Assembly: GCF_006345805.1 (NCBI RefSeq) | Contig: NC_043000.1 | Coordinates: forward strand, 95,170,001 to 95,234,000 | Direction: 5' to 3' | DNA length: 64,000 nt | Source: Octopus sinensis | Lineage: Eukaryota | Program-made: the position numbers and the translations under genes | In this document: in pieces, positions 53,961-64,000 of the stretch | Layout of the letters: every line of letters begins with the position of its first letter | How positions within the stretch are numbered: the first letter of the stretch is position 1 | Notes under the pieces: model-generated | Told to the model about the DNA's origin: nothing | The model's input: the letters and a program-made list of their open reading frames with translations, nothing else | Databases searched by the model: none

Positions 53961-54959
53961 GTGTTATTTCTTTCAGTTCATTTCTGTCTAAACTATGTGT
54001 ACATACATACATGCATACATACATACATGCATACATACATATTCTGCGCGTGTGTGTGTTTGTATGCATGTATGTATGTATCAATAATGATTTTGCTGCT
54101 ACGTTGTATTCCTATTTAGTTTTATTGGTGTTTGTCTATCTCTTAAATCTAGATTTTTCCAAATATCCTCTCGAGATTCAGAACTAGTTTCTTGTCCATC
54201 AAATTTCAATAACTGTTATTGATCAACTGCTCTCGATCGCAGAAACTGTTGAAGAGGACAATAGAATTTTAAGAATGATCTCGTTTGTTAAGTATTGATT
54301 TCATTTATCTTGTTAGTTTGTTTGTTTGTTTTTCTTTTTGTCAATATACTTTTTCTCCAACCTCATCAATTCAATCACCTTGTAATGAAATAGTTCCACG
54401 TTCCATTCTAAACTAATTAGATTGGTTCGTTTTGTGAGCCGTTTGTTTATACGTATGTGTATGTGCGTGTGGAGGGTGAAAGCATATATATGCAAACGTA
54501 TACATACATGTGTGTATGTGTGGTATTTATGTAAATACTAGCTTAAAAGCTAGTATATAGGTTTTAAGCAACTGACCACGAATGGGAAGATCTGCAAACA
54601 GATTTCTGACTTGTTTTGGAGAATTTGTTGAAATTCCTTCCTCCAGAGACATATCCCAACGAAGATCATATTCGTCGCAAAAAAAAATCATGTGAAAAAA
54701 TCGCCGAAAACAATCGCAGTGGTGAAAACATAAGAACCCAAACTTTCAGGATTGCAGACGAAAGACGAAATAGATAAAATAGATATCAGTTAAGCACTGG
54801 GGTCGGTGTAATTGACTTAGCCCCTCACCGACATTGTCAGCCTTGTACTGAATGACACATGTTCAGCTTTTTTGATTTTTGTGTGCTGTCCTATTTTAGC
54901 AGCTGATGTTTCTACTTTGCTGAGTAACTGTTGTGCTTGACTTATTTCGTTAGATAAGA

Positions 54960-55125
54960 GAGCTGTATCACCTACAAAGTTCAGGAGGGAAAAGCCGTCA
55001 CACTTATATCGTCAACTTGATTGCAGACACTGGTCTGGAATGTATCCAGGACCTCGAGGCAGTAATGATGGCGCGAGAAGTGTGATGGGTGGGCTTTGTT
55101 GCTGTGGCCCGACTTAGAACCCGAT
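54960..55125 (+). mobile_element. RTE-clade LINE 3' end fragment
   Basis: GGKSRHTYIVNLIADTGLECIQDLEAVMMAREV*W matches the RTE C-terminal GRP..TY.D.L..DTGL...EL..AM.DR..W pattern. Confidence 0.65.
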
Positions 55126-56368
55126 CATAATATAGCCTTGTGCCAAAATTTGAAACTAATGTAGCTCACCTCTCGGGACGCACCGAAAGATTCGATCTCA
55201 GATCTACAAGTGCACACAGCACATGCTAATTAATGTAAGCTGATACTCATGAAAACTTCAGGAAGTAGATCTATCCATTTCCAATCTCTAACAAAAGCAA
55301 AATGTCTTATATTTCACGTTTGTATAAAATGAAAATTTAACTTTAAATAGGACTCTTTATGCGAGTCGGAAAAACGTAACAAATCGTCGGTTTAAAAGTC
55401 ATGAGTCTACGCTCTGCCATTGCCACTCCACTAAACTCGTAGAAGATCGCTCAACTGGAAATAAATGAATGATTTGATTGCTTGGTATTTTTTCCAGTGG
55501 CATAATCAAAATCTTTTCACGCAAGAAAGAATAAATGATTAGTTTTATTTCCCTTTAAGTCATTCTAATGTCTATTAATATTGATCACCCTTCATTTTGT
55601 TCTCTCTCTCTCCTTTCTCTCTGGCTCTACTCTCCCTTATTCTCTCTCTCTCTGTATTATATTCCTTCCATCTGTCTCTCGTATATTTATTCATCACATC
55701 TACAGACACCAATGAGGTATTTAATATATTTTAAATGAAAAAGAGGATGTTGCAAACTGGAAATTAAGTTTAAACAAACCAAAACGATAACTTTTTTGCT
55801 GCCAGGTCGAATTTTCTGTGTTTCAATGTCACCCACGTTTCTGAGAAATGTATGTACATCGAAGCGTACCATTTTCCTAACACGGAATTACACGGCATTT
55901 CACGGAGTCAAAACAGACCAATATTTTGAAGACTTTCGTTACTACCGCTGTAGAGAAAGTAACAAACTTACGCTGAACTGAATTCAGTTTCAACGTAAGG
56001 CATAAATACACATTTGATTCCATTGATTCTAATATTGCTATTAAGAAAATCTTGAAGATATTCCCATTTTTATTTCTTTAGAATCATAAAAATTCCTATT
56101 TTCATCTCAAATAATTGCAGAGCTGTTACATCAAAAGAAATCAATATTTTTACGTCTACTTTTTTACGTCTCTGGCACCGTTGCAAGCAAGTAGAAAGTA
56201 TGCTGTGTCTAAAGTCCGTTATATATTTTCATTTCTGTATTACCATTTATATTCACTTACTTCACATATGCTCTTTGATAAAGCATAAGCATCACTCTAT
56301 CTTCCCGCTGTCACTTAAAAATGGGAGACATTGTTATTAAGCAATCGATTAAGACTTAGTGGTCCATA

Positions 56369-57237
56369 CGAGGGGGTATCCATAAATAACCGGAAACGTT
56401 CTCTGTGGGACAACCCCGCTGTAGTTCGGGATTGATGCGACCCTCAGGCATCAGTCTGCCGACCGGAGTTATTCGGTGGGGTCATACCGCCACGTGTTGC
56501 GTCTTTGTTTTGCAGTGCTTCTCCCCTGTTCGTCGATTTTTGCGATGGCTGAAACGAAGGAACAGCATACTTCCGTGAAATTCTGTTTTCTGCTGGGAGA
56601 AATGGCGGCCGAAACAGTTATTTTGCTTCAAACAGCTTACAAGGACGCTGCACTGAGCAAAACACAAGTTTACGAGTGGTTTTCACGCTTTAGGAATGGT
56701 CACATGTTGCTTGAAGACCAACTTCGTTCAGGACGGCTGTCGACCGCCAGAAATAATGAAAGTATCATGAAAATTCATAAACTTATCTTGGATGACGGTC
56801 GCCGAACAATTCACAAACTTGTTGATATGACTGGTATGTCATGCAGCTCCTACCAACGAATTTTGAGCGAGGAATTTCAAATGAAAAGAGTTGCAGCAAA
56901 ATTTGTGTCTCGTTTGCTCACGGAAGATCAAAAGTAGTCACGACTGTATGCGTGTCGTGAACTGAAAGAACAGTTAGAAGTTGATCCGGCCCCTTTTTAC
57001 GAAGATTATCACAGGTGACGAAGGCTGGTGCTACGGAATATGCAGATGTGGAAGAGAGGTGAAAAACGACGGAGGCGTTAAAAGGCACCACTTCTATTGC
57101 CTTGAACAGTGGAAAACGCGTCGGGACTGATGCTTTGCTTCAAGCGGAGAATACTTTGAAGGCGATAAAAGTGTAAACATGTAAAACTAAGTGAATAAAA
57201 TAATATTGCAAAATTCTGGTTTCCTTTGAGTACCTCC
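56369..57237 (+). mobile_element. Internally deleted mariner with both TIRs
   Basis: TA|CGAGGGGGTATCC left TIR and AATTCTGGTTTCCTTTGAGTACCTCC right TIR. HTH region MAETKEQHTSVKFCFLLG...SKTQVYEWFSRF, then IITGDEGWCYG, then a deletion to the C-terminus. Confidence 0.9.
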
Positions 57238-57755
57238 AAATGTCTTAATTCTTGCCTCTCCAGCGTATCACATGTAACACACAGGACATTTTCATGATGC
57301 CAATGAAAAATATGTGATATACGCTCTTTTTTTTTTCTTTTAACCGCCAAAATAACTTGGAACTTGTGGACAGAAGGCTTTAACATACTCAGAATGTTTG
57401 AAAAAGGACTAGGTAAAAGTCTAAAAACAAGTACGGACGTTTAGGACAATCTTATTCAAATGATTTGGACAAGCAAAGTATTAATGTTCAAAATACTTCA
57501 ATCATTACAGAACATGTAAAATACGATATATTCTTTGAAATAATTTCTTTTATAAAAGTGTCTCTAAAGCAAAGGTCATATAGGAATGTCTTAAATGGGG
57601 TGTTTTTGTTGTCGTTTTCTTTCGGTCGTTCTACATTATCTTTTGCCTTTTTCCTGATGTTAAAAGCAAAATCAGCAATAGAATGGTCTGATCCAATCAA
57701 TAATACTCTCTCTCTCTCTCTGAAAAATTAGTATAAGACAGTAATCAATAAACGA

Positions 57756-57816
<61 letters not shown>

Positions 57817-58413
57817 CAATCTTTAGGTCACTTCGAAAGCCTTTGTGACATATTTTAACTTCTGAAGACAATTTCACTGCAGTTTACTGTGTAGAAAATA
57901 TTCACGCTTACGTTAAAAGGTATAAATACACCATTGTCGGCTCAGATGTGTCTTCTATTGAGACCCTAGTTGCATTTCTTGCTCGTTATGCCTTCCTCCT
58001 CAGAAATATATTTGAACCAATCTAAAGTTTGTCAGTTTGCTATCACTGCTTCGGGCTACTACTGATGTATTTCTTCATACTAGAGAATCAGCGACCATAA
58101 ATCAGTCGCTAATATTGACTGATTCATTATAGGACTACAGATTTGTGTCAGCTCAGGGTCACCTTTCTTTTGTATCCTCTACAGAGGAAGACATAAAAAG
58201 TCAAAACTGATCCAGGGGTTCTAAAACAGGCTGCCACTGAGCTGATAACGACCTATTTACACCTTTTACGATAAATAAGTGAAAATATGTCGCAAACATA
58301 TTTGAATTAAGTTAAATTTTGTTTATTTCTCATCACTGCTTCGCGCTACCACTTGTGTGTGTATGCGTGTGTATGTACATGTGTGTGTCTGTGTGTGTCT
58401 GTGTGTGTCTGTG

Positions 58414-58458
<45 letters not shown>

Positions 58459-58837
58459 CTCACAGCACCGCTTGATATACCGGTTGTTTGTTTACGTCCT
58501 CGCATCTTAGCCATTCGGCGGAAAAAGACTCGTAGAACAAGTACCAGTTTTAAAAAGTAAGTACTGGGATCGAATTTTTTCGACTAAACTTTTTCAAGGC
58601 AGTGCCCTAGCTTGACCGCATTCCAATGACTGAAACAAGCGAAAGAACATAATAGAAGATACTTCCTAGTGAGCCTCAACATGTAATAGTGTAACGACAA
58701 TCGAGATTATGATACAGTTACAAATCAGGTTAAAGTCAGTTCCCTTCATTATCATTTCAACTGTTTGAAGCTGTTGATATAATGTTACTGACAAAATCAT
58801 AAACATCACAACTTATATTACTGTTTTATAAAGATGA

Positions 58838-59231
58838 CTAGCAGTATCGTCCGGCGTTGTTCGGGTTTGTTTCGACCTTTCAGAATTAGAATTTTTGAAA
58901 AGTAAAACTTTTGCATTATGTAACTTGTTATTCTCATTAAGTGGACATTTTTCTGGTTGAAATACACCGAAAAAATGGCGACATAGCAGTAAAAAAATCG
59001 TAAAAAATGGGGATTTTCATAGAAAAAAAAGCACCTTTTTGATGTAAATAATTTTTGGTGATAACATAGTCCGATTTGAATTTTTACTTCTACAGAAGGA
59101 AGAGCAAGCCTTCTTCTATCATACTCTCAAATTTGGTCAACTTGCGCCGCAGGGTCTCGGAGGAGAGACTGTTAGTTGAAGGCTACCAAACCTGCCATAC
59201 ACAGATAACTTCAGCTTTATATAGAGGGAGA
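58838..59231 (-). mobile_element. Non-autonomous Helitron, related subfamily
   Basis: The 3' end CTAGCAGTATCGTCCGGCGTTGTTCGGGTTTGT matches 41638 onward. A|T insertion; an empty paralogous site lies at 61450/61451. Confidence 0.8.
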
Positions 59232-59348
59232 TTTTAGGGCGCAAGCACGTTTCTGGTTTAGTCCCACCATGCGGCACCGCCAGTCGATTAATGCCTAATG
59301 ACTGAATTTTGCAAACTACAGTGATTGTGTGCGTATGTATGTATGTGT

Positions 59349-59730
59349 GGAGGCGCAATGGCCCAGTGGTTAGGGCAGCGGACTCGCGGTCATAGGATCG
59401 CGGTTTCGATTCCCAGACCGGACGTTGTGAGTGTTTATTGAGCGAAAACACCTAAAGCTCCACGAGGCTCCGGCAGGGATGGTGGTGATCCCTGCTGTAC
59501 TCTTTCACCACAACTTTCTCTCACTCTTACTTCCTGTTTCTGTTGTACCTGTATTTAAAAGGGCCGGCCTTGTCACTCTCTGTGTCACGCTGAATATCCC
59601 CGAGAACTACGTTAAGGGTACACGTGTCTGTGGAGCGCTCAGCCACTTACACGTTAATTTCACGAGCAGGCTGTTCCGTTGATCGGATCAACCGGAACCC
59701 TCGTCGTCGTAACCGACGGAGTGCTTCCAT
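59349..59730 (+). mobile_element. tRNA-headed SINE with an alternative 3' module
   Basis: Head and body as in 13328 and 52807 up to CTCTCACTCTT, then a different tail (...CTGTTCCGTTGATCGGATCAACCGG...CGTAACCGACGGAGTGC). Confidence 0.85.
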
Positions 59731-61919
59731 CCATCCATGTATGTATGTGCGTATGTATGTATGTGCGTAAGTGTATTTGTGTTTCTCTTCCCATCGATTG
59801 ACAATCGGTGTTGCTTTATTTATATCTCCGAAACTTTGCGCCTCGGCTAAAGATAACGGCAGCATAAGCATCACACTTGAAAAATAAGTACTAGGGTTGA
59901 TTTATTCGACCTATCCCTGCAATGCCATGCCTGGCATAGCCGCGGTTCAATGAAAGAGACAAGCAAAAGAATGAATTTTATTTTTAAAATGTTTATGACT
60001 TCACAGAACCAATTTAAATCCTGTTTTCTTATTATTACTGCTTAGCTTTTCTTCAATATCGCGTTTATCGATGTTTTTCATAACATTTATTGTAGAAGTA
60101 GGTGGTCACAATGTTATGAAGTAAGTAGTTTCGATTCTCGCTTGACGAAATTTCTCCTGTACTTGCCAAATCGATTAAAATAACATTTCTTGACAGTTAT
60201 TTATTTATTTTTTGTTTTTTTTCCCTCACCCTCACCGCATTAATACTTATTACATTTATTCTGCACATTATATTAAATATGATTGGAAATAACTTACGTC
60301 TTGTTTTTTGGTGGTGTTTTTGCATGCAGATGGCGTTGCCAAGTAATTAACGTCTGACAATTGTTTTAAATTTGCTACTTTTTTCAAGTTTATTATTACA
60401 TGAACAACATCGATTTTGCGGAACCTATGGTTCCAAAGCCTTGGTCAACACACTCTAAATTTATTATATTTACTTTAATAATTAAATGTAATACAGGTAC
60501 CTTTACATTGATATAAATGATACAAGTCTAGTAATACAGTGCCTATTTCTTTACTACCCACAAGGGGCTAAACACAGAGAGGACAAACAAGGACAGACAA
60601 ACGGTACTTATTTAATCGACCCCGAAAGGCTGAAAGGCAAAGTCGACCTCGACGGAATTTGAACTCAGAACGTAAAGACAGACGAAATACTGTTAAGCAT
60701 TTCGCCCGGCGTGCTAACGTTTCTACCAGCTCGCTGCCTTACAAGTCTAGTAATACAGTACCGTGTAAGGTACTCGTCCGTGCAAGCTGGCAGTAAATTA
60801 GTCTGGCAGCCACGGGCAGTTAAAGGTTCTGCTCATAAATTAGTTGCGGATTATAAGAGGTTCCAGAATGTCTGTGTTGTGTCTGTACATATACGTATTA
60901 TATACATCTGCATAATATTGTACATCTACTCAGTAATATTCCCATTATTACTTCAGCAAATACAGTGAAGTCAATGGGCCATGGAGCCTAAAACTTAACC
61001 GGTTATAATTCGCCAAAATGATTAAAATATTATAGAGCGAATATTTTCTTCTTCAAATAATTATCTCTAATTAGATTTGATTTTTTATGATCTCTACATT
61101 AAATATGTGGACAGTAATCATGCTACGAATGTGCTTAGTAAAGGCTTACGTTCCCTTTTCCCAAAAATATAAAGCTTTTGTCTTCAGCCAAGAAGAAAGT
61201 AACACAGACCGGCTCAAATATAATTTTCACATTATTTACCTTCATCTTTATTGTTACACGTCCTTTTGAAATTCTCGTATATTGTAAAATTCCATCCGCC
61301 CTTTCTAAAAATACTGAGATTGTGACATAGTTACAAGTCTGGTTAAAGTTAGTTCCCGTCATAATCATTTCAATGCTTTAAAGTTGTTGATATAGTGTTA
61401 GTGACAAACCCATAAACATCGCAACTTATGTTTCTGTTTTATAAAGATGATTTTTTTTAAAGTGCGGTGTAAGAAACAATTCTTCGCGGAAATAGTTTCC
61501 AAAAAATTTCTCTTCATAGACAATACATTGGGCTATGAATAATAGCATTGCGTTTATGCGTTATTATACGTCGTCATATACGAATTCCGAATCGGTCCTT
61601 CACAGCTCTTCAAGAACAGCAAATAGTACGTTTGCTAACGTCCGTAAAGCTTTGTCAAGTTATAATTATCAAACTTAAGTTTCACGAAACAGCATCAGGT
61701 AAAATATAGGTGTGTACAGTCATATTTAACTCGTTCGTGTACATTTGGACGTAGGTAGACCTTTCACTACGGAAATAATCTAGCGAGAAATTGCTCCTAT
61801 CAGATAATATGTATGAAAAAACATTAGGTTATGAAACAATGCTTAAATTATATTTATTTCTATGAAAAAACTTTTGGTTTGGGGATTATTAATATGTGAT
61901 ACATAATCTCAGAACGTTC

Positions 61920-62705
61920 GTGTTGTTCGTCATTGAGGAAACCAAATAAGATCGAAAAACCGTGTCTAATGAACCACCAGCGTTCTGAAAGAAGCTCTGT
62001 GGTTTTAACATACAAGCATCTTTGAGGAATTTTTATGAGATAAAATATTACTGCTAGTGCCGCTAGCAGTGTGTTTCTACATTATGAATGTTATACACAC
62101 CAGTATTTTAATCTACCCTGGCTATTTCGCACAAGTCAGTAAATATTTTATTTACCAGTTTCTATATTGAAACAGGCGTTTTTGGCTAAGCTCAGAATGT
62201 CTAGATTATTCATCACTGAGGAGAGGAAATCAATTTGAAATACTGTGGTTAGTGATCCCCCAGTTTTCTGAACGAATCCCTGTGCTTTTAACGTATAAGT
62301 ATCTTTGAGAAGTCTTTTTCTGAACAAAATATTACACCTAGTGGCGTTTTATATTTGTATACTCATTGTAAACTTTATACGCACCTGTATTTTAATCTAA
62401 GGTTGTTTCAGATATGTATATTAATCTAATTCTAAGCTCCTTAACTTTCATACAAATCAGTAGATGTTTCCATTACTGATAGCTGTATCGGAAAAGGCAT
62501 TTTCGGTGTAGTTCAAATCGTCCGAAATATTCATCAGTGATAAGGCTAAATCAGGTCGAAACACTGTAGCTGGCAATCCACCAGTTTTTTTAACGAATCC
62601 TTATGTTTTTAACGCATAAGTTTCTTTGAGAAGCAAAATATTACAGTTAGTGCTATTGTATGTATATACATAATGAATGGTGGTATACACAGTGGTATTT
62701 TTTAA
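61920..62705 (+). repeat. Three diverged tandem units (spacing 283 and 321 bp), each headed by a decayed hammerhead
   Basis: Units start at 61927, 62210 and 62531 with TC(A/G)TCA-(C/T/G)TGA..A...GAAA.(A)C(C/T)GT(G/A) and share downstream CCACCAG, TTTTAAC.(C/T)A.AAG..TCTTTGAG.A and AAAATATTAC blocks. Confidence 0.75.
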
Positions 62706-63259
62706 CTTGCGTATGTTAAAATAAAATATAACATTTCTAAGATAGTGAAGAATATTTAATATCTAAATGATTTCTTCGCAATCTTTGATAAGAAGTTACC
62801 AGACAAATTCACTTAATAAACTTATCATAGTAATAATCCATTATCAAATAAATTATCCACATTTCATGGAAGCAATGCACTTGATATCGCTCGAAGAATG
62901 CAAATACTTTAATTACGACTGCTGACGGGAAGCGTTGCGCTAACGACTAAGCCAATAATCTTCTTATGATGCTCCAGTGCCAATACCAATCCTAGCAGTA
63001 TCATTCTATATCTCATCCGATGTGAAGAATATGGAAATATTTGGCGAATATTCTTTAAATGGTGTCAAATGTTTCATTCAGGTAATTCAAATGTCGAAGA
63101 CTACATTTCAATATACATACGTGGAAATATTATTCTGATGAGTGTTCTTCTGTCACCGAAGACTAGGTATTTGGAGTTAGACTTGCAATTTTATGAACCG
63201 ATACAGGTTTTTAATTACTTTCGAATTACTCAGTAACATCAGCTGCGAAATATGTATGT

Positions 63260-63520
63260 CGTGTTCTTGAGTAAGACATTTTATTTCATGCTGTTCCAGT
63301 TCACCCAGCTGTAGAAATGACTTATGACGTCACTGCTGCCAAGCTGTATCTGCCTTTGCATTTCCCTTGGATAACATCTCTGGGGTGGGGAGAGGAGGCT
63401 TGTATGCATGGGCGACTACTGATCTTCCATAAACAACCTTGCCCGGACTTGTGCCTTGCAGGGGAACTTTTTAGGTGCGATCCCGTGGTCATTCATGACC
63501 GAAGGGGGTCATTGCGATTT
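63260..63520 (+). mobile_element. SINE body, same family as 9175-9500
   Basis: Colinear similarity. Confidence 0.75.
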
Positions 63521-63598
63521 TACTCTTATGCGTGCATGTAAGAATATATGTACGCGCATGTGTATGTGTGTGTTGCAGTTTAAACTTTATTATGAAAC

Positions 63599-63893
63599 CT
63601 AAGAAGCTTTCTCGAGATTTAGAAGCTTTCTCGAGGATTCCATGGCTGCTATCATTGCTGGCGTTATTGGTGATGATGATGTTGTTGATGGTGTTGTTGA
63701 AGACGTAATGGTATTGGTGGTAGTTGTCAGTGGTATTAGGAGTGTATCTATAATTGTGTTTACTACACAACTTCTAATGTCTGAGGGTGTAGATTTTGAT
63801 GGAATTTTTCTCATGCTTTTCATCATTGTCGTCTTGACAACATCTGCTGTTGATGCAATCTCGAACAAAAAACGATCAAGTAACTTGTGCTTC
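63599..63893 (-). CDS. Weak candidate terminal coding exon, unknown product
   Basis: Open frame of about 99 codons (KHKLLDRFLFEIASTADVVK...TTTTNTITSSTTPS...LEKAS*), preceded by a polypyrimidine tract, with AATAAA just after the stop. The acceptor would be a rare GAG, and half the frame is low complexity. Confidence 0.22.
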
Positions 63894-64000
63894 CTCAAAA
63901 GAAAAGAAAAAAATTTTTAATTCCCATTCCCTACTCTACACCCTCAAAACTCTGTTCCACTTTTCAGGAATTATTTGTCGTAACTAAGTTTGACATAACA

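Noticed and set aside
56476-56937. Functional SETMAR-like host gene
   Set aside because: The transposase is interrupted by a stop and an internal deletion and is bounded by TIRs.
61920-62705. CRISPR-like or satellite array
   Set aside because: Units are about 300 bp and diverged along their whole length, with no constant repeat and unique spacer pattern. The context is eukaryotic.
63130-63180. CTGATGAGTG...CACCGAAGACTAGGTA hammerhead-like string (also weak ones near 57850, 57990 and 62920)
   Set aside because: GAAA is interrupted and stem I does not pair.

Overview
Eukaryotic, AT-rich, microsatellite-saturated non-genic or intronic DNA. The repeat repertoire (tRNA-derived SINEs, Penelope-like, R4-like, RTE, Gypsy, mariner, Helitron) suggests an octopus/cephalopod genome; this is inference. 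Most ORFs in the supplied track are translated microsatellites, and no host gene is supported with confidence (one weak candidate exon at 63.6-63.9 kb). The main finding is a dispersed set of type I hammerhead ribozyme (HHR) motifs folded by hand. Four have a canonical core and fully formed helices: an inverted identical pair at 208-300/366-458 and two paralogues at 24233-24317 and 27273-27355 with a compensatory pair change. One at 42326-42376 has a swapped G3-C8 core pair. Partly or fully decayed copies lie at 22.9, 23.5, 30.4, 41.2 and 61.9-62.6 kb (three tandem units). Most sit in microsatellite-flanked Penelope-like termini, some beside GIY-YIG endonuclease fragments. Also present: (CATA)n-embedded R4/Dong-like LINE fragments, an RT-deleted Gypsy element with a tRNA-Ser PBS, four mariner relics, two Helitrons (one with an empty paralogous site) and an 8-bp-TSD MITE carrying TTAGGG repeats. 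Element boundaries are approximate unless defined by TSDs, TIRs or helices. No ribozyme activity has been tested.
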